DNA from: Haplodiscus bocki
Taxonomy: Eukaryota
NCBI GenBank assembly: GCA_965655095.1
Contig: OZ296656.1
Span: 62,620,001-62,684,000 of the forward strand
Length of the DNA stretch: 64,000 bases
Direction: 5' to 3'
Numbering within the stretch: position 1 is the first letter of the stretch; each line of letters opens with the position of its first letter. The notes below the pieces were generated by a model. The model did no database searches. It was not told where the DNA came from and worked only from the letters and a program-made list of their open reading frames with translations. Positions 44,401-59,580 of the stretch are shown here, one piece after another. A program made the translations under genes and the position numbers.

Positions 44401-47134
44401 CTACAGGGCTTTATTGAGGACAGTTGAGGCAATAAAACTATCGCAGAAAATTTACAGCTGGCGTTAGAGGCTATACGAATGCCCATTACTTTCGAGTTGT
44501 TTTTTGGACAGAAACCCTGTCACAAAAATGACTCGGAAACTAAAAATTGGCAGTTGTTTGGTTGAAATCGAGGTGAATTTTAGCCAAAGATTGGAATTGT
44601 TACCTGTACGCAATGTTTCGCAATAAAGTAGAGGAATCTTCAGACCATCTAGTACATTCGATAAAAACAACGCAAATTCAAATAAAAAGGAAAGTCCGGA
44701 CACTACTTTGAGCCCGTATAATAGCACGCATTGCTCTTGTTTTAAAAAAACCCTGAGAGCTAAAGCTACGTACAGTAAATTTACATAGATGCCAGTTATA
44801 GCAGTTAAAGAGACAAGTCACACGGTAGTTGCCGATGTCAATAGACGTTCACAATAAATTTTGTGTCGGGGCTTTTTATTAAGCCAAACCACAGAATGAG
44901 AGTGAAACGGCCAAGGAAGACAAGAACGTGATTGATTTTCGCCGACCGAACATTTGAAATAGACCGGCAAGAAAGACATCTTGCAAAATACGACAGAATG
45001 TGAGCAACAGCAACAGTCCCATTATAGTTACCCCATTGAAAGGGCCAGCAGAAGGAGTAGTGGAATTGGAGTAGTGAGCAGCTCAGGAGGAATAAATACA
45101 ACTAAGTAAAATGAAAAGCAACACCAAACTATAAAGCCAGCGATAACTGGCCGTTAGGAGACAAAAACACGGAAAAGGCCGGAGGAATAACGAACAATTT
45201 GCTACAAAATGAGGCTGTTAGAAAGTCAAATTGAAAAATTTCAGTCAAACAAAGCTTGAAACATTCCAATTTTACATTTTAATTAACCAACTGGTTAAGC
45301 AATTTGTGAAACGCTGTATTTTCAGTACCAGTTTTTCATTTATTCGTAGTCAAATTCAACTTGAGTTTAGATTTTAGTACTTGATTTCTCTAAAAGTACT
45401 AAAAAACATTTTATGAACCCAGGATTACGTTCAAAGAATTACTCAATGGAATACTGGTGCACATTCACATCTAACAATACAAGCCTCAAACTTCACAAAA
45501 TTTTAGACAAATTACGCAATTGTTGCCATCGGGCCTTGTGGTTAAAGAGAAACAGAGCCGATAGAGTCTTCCTTATGCCAAAATGCTGACATTCTTCAAA
45601 TAACCTTCCAATATTTTTCATCTTGGGGATGGTACATAGGACCAAATTATCAAGCATACTGTGCCTATTGTTTTCACAGTTGATCAGATAGCGCGACCCC
45701 CTATCTCGACCCCAATTGCATAAAAAGAAGTCTGCTTAACCACCTAATCAAGATGAGAACCTTCATTGGTTGAATGTCAATATAACGACTGTCTCAGTTT
45801 ATAGCATAAAAGAGCAGTCCATTCGAAGGTTTTTCTGAAACGCTGCTGTTTTTTAAACATTGCCATTGTTTAGGCCACTAATTTTACGCCACCTTTGAGC
45901 CCCAAAAATTTTGATCTGTGGATGAGAAGATCTTATCTGAAAAGTTTTCGTTTCTAAGAGAACATTCAGCATTCTAAGGGGTGGTTTTTCATTTGTTCAA
46001 GTCCTGTTGTTGCATTAAAAATTGACTTCTGGTTCAAAACGGAGGAAAACGTCCCACGAATGAAAAGTCAACGAAAGCTTCCGAGACGCTTCAGTGAAAG
46101 CAAACACATTGAAGAGATTGGCAAATTAAAGTTTCTAGCGATGCTAAATATCACAAACTTTTTGCTCTTGATTTAGCAATGAGTTGGTGTGCTAACTAAG
46201 TTATTCTGCGACAACTTCTAGTGAGAGACTGTCGGTAAAACTTGGGGAAAGGGCGTTGCTTGCGGGAGATAGTGGAAATTTTGATCGACAATTTACATAT
46301 ATTTTTTTACTGTATGCCGCTATTTTGCTTAAAAAATGCTGCGAGTTCCAACGATACCTTAAGAAAGTTCTAAAATTTTCTAGAGTGGCCCGGATGTCAT
46401 TTGGGAAGATAATTTGATTGAAAAAGTCAAAAATGAAGTCTCGGATTTTCTAAGATAAAATGTAGTTGATTCGATACCCATTCTCCAGTACAACAGCAAT
46501 GGATTTTGATGTCGAGCCAGCAGAAAACGATTTCTATAGGCAAAAACTATCATGATATGTCACAGTTTTGCAATTATAAAAATCTTTCCTTTGAAGTACC
46601 TAATTTCAGAAGGTTGAATTTCGATCTTTTCTAAACTCAGTTTGTTTCCAAAATTCTCTGGAAAAAAGTAGTAAAATAAAAGACCTGCAGTTCTAAAAGA
46701 GGGAAAAGCCACAGGCTTGACTTTTTGACAGTATAATGGTGAAGAATTCAGGAAGTGTAAAGCAGGTGAAACTGTCCCTAACTGCATTTATTGTTCTAAG
46801 AATTGCCGGTGTACGCTGCTGTTTTTCCAGGAAACGACGGTATACGGTATGACGGGCAAATTTCATCTATTCATCGCCTATACATCTCTATCGTGGAAAA
46901 TTTTCGGATGAAACTTCAGCTCGGGCGGAACTGACGATTTCCAGAAATCTGATGATCTCAATTGCATTTATCACAGTTCTGAATATCGAGTGCCCGAACT
47001 CCTAGCCGAAATGATTCTTCTGCATTTGAACCTGGAAAAAGGGAAATTCGAGAACATGGACTCATCGAGTTCTTCATGCAGGATTTTGATCTGTCTGCCA
47101 CGTGCCGATACAGTATTGTAAGCATACGTTCATG

Positions 47135-47741
47135 NNNNNNNNNNNNNNNNNNNNNNNNNNNNNNNNNNNNNNNNNNNNNNNNNNNNNNNNNNNNNNNNNN
47201 NNNNNNNNNNNNNNNNNNNNNNNNNNNNNNNNNNNNNNNNNNNNNNNNNNNNNNNNNNNNNNNNNNNNNNNNNNNNNNNNNNNNNNNNNNNNNNNNNNNN
47301 NNNNNNNNNNNNNNNNNNNNNNNNNNNNNNNNNNNNNNNNNNNNNNNNNNNNNNNNNNNNNNNNNNNNNNNNNNNNNNNNNNNNNNNNNNNNNNNNNNNN
47401 NNNNNNNNNNNNNNNNNNNNNNNNNNNNNNNNNNNNNNNNNNNNNNNNNNNNNNNNNNNNNNNNNNNNNNNNNNNNNNNNNNNNNNNNNNNNNNNNNNNN
47501 NNNNNNNNNNNNNNNNNNNNNNNNNNNNNNNNNNNNNNNNNNNNNNNNNNNNNNNNNNNNNNNNNNNNNNNNNNNNNNNNNNNNNNNNNNNNNNNNNNNN
47601 NNNNNNNNNNNNNNNNNNNNNNNNNNNNNNNNNNNNNNNNNNNNNNNNNNNNNNNNNNNNNNNNNNNNNNNNNNNNNNNNNNNNNNNNNNNNNNNNNNNN
47701 NNNNNNNNNNNNNNNNNNNNNNNNNNNNNNNNNNNNNNNNN
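47135..47741. other. Assembly gap (607 N)
   Basis: Run of N. Confidence 1.
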
Positions 47742-50700
47742 GTGTCTTATTTGTGCAGAAAAATGAATTTGGCTAGAAATGGTCCCTCTCAAAAATCGTC
47801 TTCGAATTTTCAAAATCTCGTATGAAATAAAAATTCTGGCCCTAAAGGTACTTAGTTGCAATGAAAAAACATTAAATTAAAACAATCATTTTGAAAACGA
47901 ATGACACCGGGCAGAATAATAAAGGGAAAACTCCAATTTGGCTCCGCTCAGTTTCTGCCTTTTGAAAACAGTCCGATAAGAAGCGAATCATCATTTTGAA
48001 GCGTTTCAGAGACAAAAATAATGATACATTGACGTAAATGGTCCGAAAAGTTGCTCAGAACTTGCAACACCCTGATGCTAAGAAAGTCAATTAGTCAACT
48101 TTATGCAAACGAAACTTCTCATTAGGAGAAGGTGGATACAGAAATTTTGATACATTTCTTTTAAGACTGCTAAAAATGAAGAAGGTCTAAAAAATACAGC
48201 AAGCTTTTGAAAGTTTGCAAGGTTGAAAGGTGGTTGATTGCAAACTTTTTTTCTGTTTTTCGCTAGTTTTGCTCTTAAATCTTCCTTGTCAAAATTTGCA
48301 GTGGAGTTGAAATTGTCAATTTAATCGCAATTCTCGCAAAAAGAGTGAGTTCTTCATAGATCAGTTCATGCTAATTGGCACGAACATTCGAAAACAAATA
48401 ACCTCTTAAAGTTGGAAAAAATTTAAGTTGATTAAGTTTAGTTAGAAACAATTTAATTTTGCTGCAAAGCGATTTTAGATTTCACACTTCGAAAGAAAAA
48501 TTCAAAGTCCCACTTTTGGTCCTTTTTTGACATGTTGGGAATACAAAAGAGCAATCCTTAATTACAGGCGGGAATCACCACCCTCGTCCTTTTTCTTCTG
48601 AACGGGACCGAGACGAAAAGCAAGAAGAAATCTCGTGACCAGAAAAACTCAAACAAGACCAGAAAATTCAAAATTTGTCCCCTGTTAATATTGTTATTAT
48701 AGGCAAAGTTCTGCAAATCGTTCCTTGGGAAATCACTTTTTAGCCTCAGCGTGAATCTTACCGAACATCAGGGTCTAGCAGGCAGTTGTTTTTCCTGGGA
48801 GCTATTTTTTCAAGAGCTAATTTAGGTTTTCATGAGCAAGTAGGTTAGTCTTAAGTGTTGTGAGATGCAACAAAACCATAGAAATTGCTTCCCGTTATCT
48901 TCAGATCCCAATACTGGAGATCACGACATCAAAATTGTGAATGATTCGGGCTGAGCAGGATTTTCCGTGGTCCATTACCAAATCGTTTGTCGTTTGACGT
49001 TGTGTGGATGGAACCCACGAGAGGTTTCTATTACAGAATAACCAAAAAAAGTTACATCTCGATATTATCATTTTCTACCCATATTTATAATATGGAAGGA
49101 AATCATCCACTTAGCACGGACATTTTTTAACGTTTTGTTACTAATTAATAATAGTCGAAGGAAATGTCCGATTCTGAATTCTTTTATTACCAATTCATAG
49201 CAGATTTCGAATTTATAGAAATCGACTGAAATAGTAAAGTTACCAAAAACTGACGAAATTTGGGGTTTTTTTTCGAAAAAAACTTGATTTTTTTTCCAAA
49301 ATCGTTAAAGGTGACAAATTTGATGAAGAATTAGCACAAAATGATATTATTTTCAAAATTCTTTTTTCCACTTAAATCGAGTTTTTTGAAAAGATTTGGA
49401 ATTTGGAAAAAATTGGAAAATTTGCTGAAGGAAGTGTATGCATCGGAAAAAACGCTTTTAACCTTCTAAAAAGCATCTTTGTAAAAGTTGGACAGCAACA
49501 AATATGCAGATGGTAGCCGGCCGTCTTTGAGATATCTTTTAACATTTTTGCTGAGCAATTATTTTCGTTTATGCCATGTATAGAGCAGAAAATAGCTGTC
49601 GGTTACATGGCCATTATTTGGTGGTTTTAAGTTATGCAATCCCATTGTAGCTCAAATTGTACAATAAAAAGTGGTTCCAAGCCATGTCTCCGCAACAAGA
49701 ATCTTACTCCTACTCATACTTTCGTGAAAAAAAAATAATATACCGGATGCTTCCAAAAATAAAGATATATGATAGATTCCACGAAACAATTCCTTTGAGT
49801 TGGAGGTGAGCTTCTTTTCTGGAGGCCATTTCGATTACTCCAACAGACAAAAACCGATCAAAAACTACGCATTTGTAGAAAAAACATCTTTCTATTGATG
49901 TGAAATACCATTATCATAAGTGCTCAAGATTGAGAAACTACATTTTATTTTCCGTTGCTTGCATTTTTTTCTATCCAATATTTAAGTGGAAAGCTTAAAA
50001 GAGTATAATATTTATTGTTTGAACGCAAAAGCAAAATTCTTTATTCGAAGCATGCTGTGAATATCAAACACTTATATTGGCATCCCTTTGCCTACTCCAC
50101 CTAATTCTCGACTATTTCCTTCTAGTCGTTGATCCATATCAACCTTTACCAATTCTAGTTATGAGTATGACCTTTTTCTTTATTACAAATTTCAAAAATG
50201 TGAAATTTTAATATCCGACTAGATACACCAAACGCCACTGCAATCCGAACAGTCCCAAGACACCTTGAAATTCCGCGTTTAGAGATGAATTTTCTGTTTT
50301 TCTCCTCTACCTTCTCCTTTGAGACAATATGGCGTCCAAATTTTTGGGCGCTAGCAATGACTAAACCCGACGTCATCGCCCCATTTTAATATAAAGTTGT
50401 TAGAGTGAAAAAATCTTCATAAATATATAGCACGCACTCAAAATATGAAGATCATACTATGGAATGTAAGGTAGGTACTCTGTTGATAAATAGCATTTTT
50501 CGGATATTGCGAGTTTTGCTTCAAACTTACAGGTCACCGGAAAAACCTTAATCGAAGTATTTTAATAACTTCAGCTATTTTTTTCACCAATTTTTAGTCG
50601 ATCGCGTGAAAGGACGCAATGACCTCTTTTTTAATCTCATCCTGATTCTTTTTTCAAATTGTTGTCAATTTCATTGATGCCTGTCTACATACTTCCATTC

Positions 50701-51040
50701 TATTAGATTTTAATTAATTTTGGTACAATTTTCGACTAAATAATTCGATTCCAGACAGGCAACTCAAATTCAGTACATTCGTAAAATGTACACATCATCA
50801 CTATAATAGAACACAACAAAAAAGAGTATCCGGAATCGAACTTTTGTAGTCTAAAATTCTACTGAAATTGTTTGGAATCGAGTAATGGCTAGAAAATTGC
50901 AACATTTTACTTAAGATCGAAAAGCGTTTTATATTATGACAGGGCGCCACAAGATGATTTTAGAATTCTGAGCGAGTGGTCGCTTTAACTCTATGCTCTC
51001 CACTTTCTAATGTAATCAAATTGCGCTTTTAATCTTCTGC

Positions 51041-51645
51041 NNNNNNNNNNNNNNNNNNNNNNNNNNNNNNNNNNNNNNNNNNNNNNNNNNNNNNNNNNNN
51101 NNNNNNNNNNNNNNNNNNNNNNNNNNNNNNNNNNNNNNNNNNNNNNNNNNNNNNNNNNNNNNNNNNNNNNNNNNNNNNNNNNNNNNNNNNNNNNNNNNNN
51201 NNNNNNNNNNNNNNNNNNNNNNNNNNNNNNNNNNNNNNNNNNNNNNNNNNNNNNNNNNNNNNNNNNNNNNNNNNNNNNNNNNNNNNNNNNNNNNNNNNNN
51301 NNNNNNNNNNNNNNNNNNNNNNNNNNNNNNNNNNNNNNNNNNNNNNNNNNNNNNNNNNNNNNNNNNNNNNNNNNNNNNNNNNNNNNNNNNNNNNNNNNNN
51401 NNNNNNNNNNNNNNNNNNNNNNNNNNNNNNNNNNNNNNNNNNNNNNNNNNNNNNNNNNNNNNNNNNNNNNNNNNNNNNNNNNNNNNNNNNNNNNNNNNNN
51501 NNNNNNNNNNNNNNNNNNNNNNNNNNNNNNNNNNNNNNNNNNNNNNNNNNNNNNNNNNNNNNNNNNNNNNNNNNNNNNNNNNNNNNNNNNNNNNNNNNNN
51601 NNNNNNNNNNNNNNNNNNNNNNNNNNNNNNNNNNNNNNNNNNNNN
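51041..51645. other. Assembly gap (605 N)
   Basis: Run of N. Confidence 1.
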
Positions 51646-53029
51646 AATGAGGTTTCTTGTTTGTTCGAGCAAGATTTGAGCGAGTTTCATTCTTACCAGA
51701 ATATTGCTCAGAAACTGAGTTGAATCATACAAAATTGGCTCGCAAAATCTGTGGCGAGTATATGAAATTGGCTCAAAATTTGTTCAGTTGTACTTCTCTA
51801 GGTGAGCGTTGGTTCAAGTCAATTTTATCATTCCTTTAGTAGTCAGCTTTAATACCTCTACTACTATTGAATTAGTAAAGCAGTCTTCTTTTAGTTCTGC
51901 TCTACTTTGAAACTCGGTTAAAGCTTGCTATCACACAAAATGAAAAATTATGAAGTCAGTTGAAAATCGTATTCAAGTTTCTGATATTTAGGGATTATAA
52001 TTTTTACAATATTCAGTTCCTTCAATAAAAAGAGAAAATTAGGATATGCAAACTTGACGACGACACTAACGACATTTTGCCAAAGATTATTTTTGTCCCC
52101 GTTGATTTAGACCGGTCGTGTTTTTGTTGGTTTGACTTTCATTAGTCTGCTATCAGTGATGTCGTTGATTTCAGAAATTTGTAGTTGAGACGTCGAACGT
52201 CTAATGAAGTGTTTGGTCGGTCAAGATGCGACAACAAAATTTGAAGTTGAGCCGAGTTTTGTTGTTTTTGTTTTCCGAACATCCGTCCTGCCTGAGCTAT
52301 GAATACTGATTTCTGAGTTGAACAAAAAAAATTTCATTTTGATGCACTCGCTTTTTCTATTTCTTACTTTGGTTGATGTGATCAGATTTCACACTTGAAG
52401 GATTTTGAAATTATTTTTATCTGACTTGCTTATTTCGATGTGATCAGCGGTCGCTAGAAGATCTGCAGTTGAACTTTGGAAACTTCTATGTTTTCCGTTA
52501 CCAAGATATTTGGCAGTGCAGAAGCAATGTCTGAGCGATTGCTAAGCACCCTGTTGTAGTTATTACGTCGTCATTGTCAATTTTTATCTGCGCTAAAATC
52601 GGATCGTGGTGGCGTGATATGTTTTTGTCAAGAGACATAGCTTGATCGCAGGAATTATACGCGATTCTAATTTACAAATAAAAAAGATAGGCACCAAAAT
52701 CAAAGTTAAGAAAATGGTTAAACTCTTTTCAAATTGAAAAAACAATTTGTTTTTTCAGACAGTTTTTTTTAAAGAATATGGAATTTATAGGTATTTATGG
52801 AACACCGCTGACCAAACGGTAAGAATTGCAGGGCAACCTTCCTGTGTCTTATCACCAAAGGGTCTGGGCAACTCTCCTGAAAACTGGACGGATTTCTCTT
52901 TATTTGTGCTGAACTATGCCAGTAAAATTGTTTGAAATACGCAAAAAAAACTTCTGAAATCAAGACAAATCAGAAAAACATCATCATTCCAACGTTTTCG
53001 GCGATAATGAGCAAAAGTTTACAAGCAAC

Positions 53030-53132
53030 TGCAACAACAACACCAACAACAACAAGAAGCAAAATCATCATCAACAACAACAACAACAGCAGCAACCAGA
53101 ACAATAACAGGAAAAACAATTACAACGACAAA
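53030..53132 (+). repeat. Imperfect (CAA)n microsatellite
   Basis: caacaacaacaccaacaacaacaag...caacaacaacaacaacagcagcaac. Confidence 0.8.
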
Positions 53133-56100
53133 ACGACGTCACCTTTCTTATATCAACACTTCATAATCGACACAGCCCACTTCGCATAACAACAGGGTAA
53201 TTTTACGTCAGCATAGCAACAGCGCCCAAACACAGCCTCACCTAACACACAGACAAACGATCACAAACCTCATGGATATGACTCCAACGGAACTTACAAG
53301 AAAATTACAAGCAGCCGACGTTGAAGCAGAACATTGGCACACATCAAGAACCATTGACGCCGACGATAGACACAGCACCGACAACTATAACAGATCCCAG
53401 CTTATCACATTAACAGCTGCTCTACCGTACCTTTGCGTGTTACTGAGTTGTTGGGAGAACATCCTAAATGCCTAACTTCAGTCAGCACCCTGTCCTTAAG
53501 TTCATTCACAGCAATAGTTTCAATACAGGGCCAAACATTGTTTACGAGCAACATAATATTCACTCAGCAGGAGTCTGCAGAACCCGTTATCGCACCTCAT
53601 ACATGCTGATACAACAGTCACTTTCCAGCCTCTGCAACAGACACGTATTACCAACAACAACCTTCAGCCAAAATTCCACAATAAGTAAGCCGACATCCGT
53701 GAGTCCTACACGAACTACATAGCGGTGACACTAAAGAGCTTCGCCAAACGCATATACACAACGTCAACCAGCATTGAAGAAAACATAGCACTCAGAGCGT
53801 TACTCAAACATTTTCCAGCAATTTTTATATCGACATCAACGCCAGCAACACCTCACCATAAACTGCCAACCAATCCGTGCAGTGAAGCATAGCTGCAGCG
53901 AAGGACTGACTCAATAGCCACTCCCGGTACACCTTTCGAACAGCCCGTGGACCTTCCAATGAAGCAGTACATCTGTCATTAAACTCTGAGCCTTCCTATT
54001 CTCCTCTCTTTCCTCTATCACATCAAATTATCAGTCACACTACCTTGGCAACAGAGCTAAGCCACCTATACGTGTCATAACAGACGGAAACCAAGCACTC
54101 GGCAACCAGTCATTTCTGACAAAAACCACTGTAAAGGCTCACTCAATGTTTCCGCAATCGAAAATTTCCCCGACTAACGTTGGTTCCGATAAAGCTACCA
54201 CAAGTCCACATACCCAGGTTCGACGAAGGTCATTATTGTTTCATTACTGGCTTAACAGGTTCATAGCCTCATTACACAACAAAACTTCAGTCACACAAAG
54301 AGCGGCATCACCTACTCTTTGCATTTTGTGATCACTCGCGTTGAAGCTTTATCCGTGGTTTTTTGGTGCAACCCTGCATTCTACCATTGCAGTAATCCAT
54401 TCTTGTTTTGCATCAGCACAGAATTTCGTAACAGTTTGTGTCAACCTCTTGGAGACCTAGAACTGAATAACATGACAGCATCCACCTAGTTCTGCGTCCT
54501 TTACAAGAAAGTTGGTCAACACGGCGTTGAACCGGAAAAATAGCGGCGTTAACGGGGTTGAATCGGAAAAATTTTGGCCATTATTTCGACCCGAGTATCC
54601 AACCGTTTCTGAAAAGACTAGATACTTGCTACAGTGAGATTTTTGTTACCACATATATTAAGTCCATTCCAAAAAATAGCTTGAGGCCCCCTGTTTTTCG
54701 CAATCGACAGAACTGTGGCAGATTTTTGGTCAGCGGTGTAATCAAATTTATTGAATGTATATATACATGCCAAAGTGATAGAAGAACATCATTACAGTGC
54801 CATGATTTTATTAGCACCGCAATCGTTTACTTCATGTACACCCTTGTACGATGGAAATTACCTTACTAACTATTCCAATGCGGCCCCACTAACACGACTA
54901 AGCCCTGCCGATCTCAATGATCGACAATATTGGAAAGAATCTCCTATTGACCAGCAGGAGCGATACAACCCCTGCACTCTACCAGCAGCCGCACTTTTTT
55001 TACCAAGTTCCCGAGATACCAGAAAGTTACAGTCAGGGATCGCCAACAGCGTGTGGAAGAGAAGTATTAGCGCCTCATCTACCTCAGTTTTCCCCAGATG
55101 GATCGTCACTGCCCCTCTAAGCACCAATGTTTGAAGCACTAGTAAGCCACGGCCGTTTACCAACGCAAAGAAATTTCGCTCGCCGTACTACAAGAAGTTC
55201 TACTTTTAGTTTTTAGTGGCAACAGAGCTGTTCATCTTCTCGCCCTAATTGACCCTTTTCGTACTGAGATATATGTTTTTGACAGGCGCACTGCCCGATT
55301 AAGTCTACCACAAAGTGACACTTAAAACATGGACATCCAAATTCTGATCGTAACTCACACTGTGCCAGTGACCGAAACTTCGGCACTTCAAGTCTCACGA
55401 TTTTGAATGAGGCAAAATTGGTAAGCTACCAGGTACTTGCTGAGCCAAATTCACCCTGGTTGATTTCCGGACAACACACTCGCCCACCGGTCTCGAAACT
55501 GCACTCAGTTACACAATTACCGGTAGTTTTACTCACGATCCTTGAAAGATCATGTGTAACGCCTGGGTCGAAATATTGGCCGAAATTTTTCCGGTAAAGA
55601 TGATGAAGTTGCTGGGCCGAGTTCTCCTTTTAAAAGTTTCAAAATGATATAAAAACTTTTTGAATTATAAATTGAAACTGTTAAAAGATGGAACAACTTT
55701 ATAACAGAAAAACTAAAAATGCCTTTAGAAAAAAATATCACTAACCTGATTCAAAACACTTACCGGTCATTTTGTTTTCTGCACTGGTGCTGATTGTTAC
55801 CACTGCTGGGTAATAGGTTTAGTTGTAAGTTTCTTCTAATACAGCTTCATTTGGATTATAAACTGAATGATTGATTAGAGAAGCGGAGGTAATCAGGAAG
55901 GTGTGCAGAATATGATAGGGGAAGGCTGCTTACTCGAGAGAACAAGGAGGGGAAAAGTTTCGATATATTTATTTATTCACATGTTAAATGATTCACCTGC
56001 ATAAAAGCGCCAAAGTGACCAAAAAATAAACATATTTCAGCTTCTATTTTTTGGTAGGAAAAAAAGCAAAAATGGTGAATTTCACCTGCTGCTGTTTACT

Positions 56101-57749
56101 GGCCAAGAAATGAGTTTATAACTTGGTAATAATGGTTATAATTTTGCACATTCCATCATAACACAAAACGGCAAAACGGGGCAATCGGATATTGGAGAAG
56201 CAAATTAGTGGCTTAAAAATTGATTTTGTCTCTCTTCCAAACCAATATCCAGCAAATTATGTTGATCTAAAAAATCGCGATGCAGTTCGATTCGTATTGG
56301 TAGTTGGCAGACATTACAGCTGTTTCAAATTTTTTCCTTAATAATAAAATTTCGCATTCTTACAAGAACACTTTTTTTATAAGTATACTTTCTTAGCAAC
56401 CAGTCATGTTAACCAACAATAATGGTGGCAACCAATCGACCAACGAAAAAAGTTCACATGTTGTTCACAGCACGCTATGAATAAAAATGGATGGACTGAT
56501 TTTCAAACAAGTAGGACAGCCAAAATGAGAGAAACGTGAAACAAGCGTGATAATGCAAAATGTTCGGATTTGTTTTTGTTAATTCCATTTAAATGATGTG
56601 TTCATCCCACCTGGCACTATTTTTCTTTTTAACTGATTAGTGACTCAAAAATTTACCAAAATTCGCAACTAACACCGAAACACTGATTTTCTTAAGCTAC
56701 AATCAAATGCCCATTGATAAGGCCAAATTATTTCACTCTCCGGAAAAGGTGTGTTTTTCAATAATTACGTGAAGTTTGTTGAAACTATCATTTAGTATTA
56801 CCCAACAATGTAAAGGAAACCTTTAGCCTAAGCCTCCGCAACACGGATTTCGAAACTTGATGATTTTTCTTATTGGATGAAAAATTCGAAGTTGCCAGAT
56901 CTAAACATTTGCAACATGCTGGGCAGGCCAATGAGCAATGTGAAATCATAAAAGCGGGAAATCCATTATTTGCGCCCCTTCCCCGACACAACAAACAACA
57001 ACCGCAAAAGAACACATATAGAGACTAAATCACGAACGTACCAATGAAAACTCAAACTTACCCTGATAGAAGTTCTTCTTTGGGCTGAATATCATTAATA
57101 AATATTGCTTGGATATTTGCGTTTTCCGTCACTGAGTGTGAAAATCCACTCACCACCAGGATGAAGTCGAGGTTGATTCAACATAGTGACTTGAGATCGT
57201 TGAAAGCTAGAGGCTGAGCCTAAGATTCATGTCATGGTATTATTCCACTTAATCGATACCCCTCGTCTCTGGATCCCGACACGGACAGTCGGACCCTGAA
57301 ACACCAAAGGTCGGGGCAAATGAAGGAGCTCCGTGGTCCGGAATCGAATCGTCTGTAGCTTCCGGTTATGTTAGCAAGGCTTGTAACAGCTTTCCGTTTT
57401 TTAATAAATCTGATCGGGCAACAGAAGCACCAAAGAGGAGCTGCGTACTGAAAAGTGGAGTTCTCGGTACACGGTGGGATAGCTGGTACCCGGGACTGAA
57501 GAACGTGTTTTTCAAAATTAATTTAAGTCTCGAGCGCAGGAAAGCCCTCTTGATTGTTTTGCGTCCCAATTCTTGGTGGTTGAAGAAGAGCTCGTTCTAA
57601 CTATTTTCAAAAAAATTTGTAATTTCCCGCTGTTTCCTCGAGGCGTCAAAAGGAGCATAGTTCTACTCAACATATGCAGTTAGCAGTCAGGGAACACAAG
57701 CTGTAAATCACGAAGTTCTGCTAAACCAACCGTGAACGGATTACATGCA

Positions 57750-59580
57750 GGACTCCTCGAATATACTAAATATAAAAATGGCAGCTTTGATTATTTCTTA
57801 CTCCGAAATGAAGGAGCAAATGGCCCACTTTAAAAGGCATCAAGAAGACAAGAAGCGCAACGAGCAACCCCAGTAGCCATTAGACGTAGCTTAAGAGGCT
57901 GTAAAGCTCGCAACTGAAAACTGAAGATCAGAGTGTTGAGGCAATGACTATTATGGGCTGCATCCTGCCTAGCTGAAACTTCGAAAGTTCAACAGAAGGC
58001 ACCCAAGGTTTGATCCTGAACGTATCTCAAGTTTTGTTATCGAGCATCAGAAAGATGAAAATTATGAGAGGGTTACGAAAAAAGAACGAGGAAACTCAGT
58101 ATGACATTGGACTAACAGATGAAGCCCGATAACTCAAGCCTGCCAAAATTGATTATCGCGCGCCCGGAACAGTCACCCACATTTTGATTGACAAACGCTC
58201 GGAAATTGTTACTGCAAGCCCTCCTATTTTTGTACAAATGAGCTGTATGAAGGTAAAACTAACACCCTTCAAAAGGATCTAAAAATAAAGATTTTGAAGG
58301 GTGCATCACAGTTTTGAACCATGTTAACAACGATTCGCACCCATTCTCGTAAGACTTACACAACGCGATGCTAGCTATCAGGAATTTGATGTTGAAGAGA
58401 GTACCTTCATCTTGAAGAAAACGCGAGTCCAACAATCAACAACTCGAGCTCATTTTTTAGCTCCTGTCACGAAGATTCGGGGGGGGGGGATGACAGGCAA
58501 CAGAAAAAAGAACGATTTTAATCAAGACAGGAAGAAATTGGAAGGATTAAAGAGCAGGAAATACCTAAAAAAATTGCCTCAAATCCGTCTTTAGGACTAG
58601 CGGGAGCCAAAACCAGGACACACATCAGACCTTAGCAAACATGAATTCTACGGTGAGTTTCGTGCAAAATCTTCCCATGGTAGAAAAAATTGAAGTAATT
58701 TGCCACAGACTTCATGAGAATGAAACAACAGCGTCATAAAAGTGTGGTTATATGATCCTTCCAGCACAACCACAATCATTTGGCATTAAAAACCCCCAAA
58801 CTCTCAGCACCTGCTGTGGCACCAAAAGCCAAGACGCATAGGTATGGTAACCTTCTGCAACCAGTCAATGCCATGCTCAACTGGGACCGAAAAGACAACG
58901 TGACCACACAGAACAATAACCCAACATCAATGGATCCCATTTGAAACCAAATTGGTAAAATTGGCCATTTTGACTGTGCTCGTGCCGCTAACCGTAAAGG
59001 TTAGGCACAAACCACTTGAGTTTGTGTTCAAGTACCAGGAAACGATTGCCAACAACAACAACCATCTTTTGCAAATGATCACAAGATTCCTCTGCAGGAT
59101 TCTTTCAACTGCGGTGGCAATCGGTTGTACCAAGTCTTCCATCCAGAAGAGGACCCAGCCATCTGTTCCCTCGATCCATACCTGCCTCATGAACATCAAC
59201 TGGAATTCCGACTGCTATGTCAAGAAACGGAAAATTGAAAATGCACCCTGAAAACAACGCCACTGGAGGAGAATCGATACAACCCTTGAAAATAGCGGGA
59301 CCCGCACGCCTTGTGCAGCAGTTCAGTGACACGGTGAAAGTTATTACGGAAGCCATGTTGGTCACACAGAGAAAATTCAGTGAATAATTTCCCTAAGGTA
59401 ATGAGCAATTGTTTGCCGGAACCTCCGAAGTACACCATTGCATCTCAAGAGACCCTCATTGATCAGAATGACACCTTTGTCTTGAGCTTTGCAATGCGCC
59501 CACCGCTCCTGAAATTGCTCGGTCCAATCAAGTTTGAAGCTAGACCATCGGTGGTGACAACCGCTGCCCGGTAGAAACTA
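57750..59580 (+). pseudogene. Very decayed retroelement gag-pol-like debris
   Basis: Coding-like composition with short overlapping ORFs and a faint resemblance to an RT N-terminal region near 59250-59500; no intact motif. Confidence 0.2.

Noticed and set aside
46786-47031. Possible terminal host exon on - strand (TTTTCCAG|...SNAEESFRLGVRALDIQNCDKCN*) with downstream AATAAA
   Set aside because: Only 24 codons, no recognisable homology, upstream sequence lost in a gap
47076-47861. Long ORFs spanning N runs (also 1523-1787 and 51016-51732)
   Set aside because: Artefacts of translating assembly gaps
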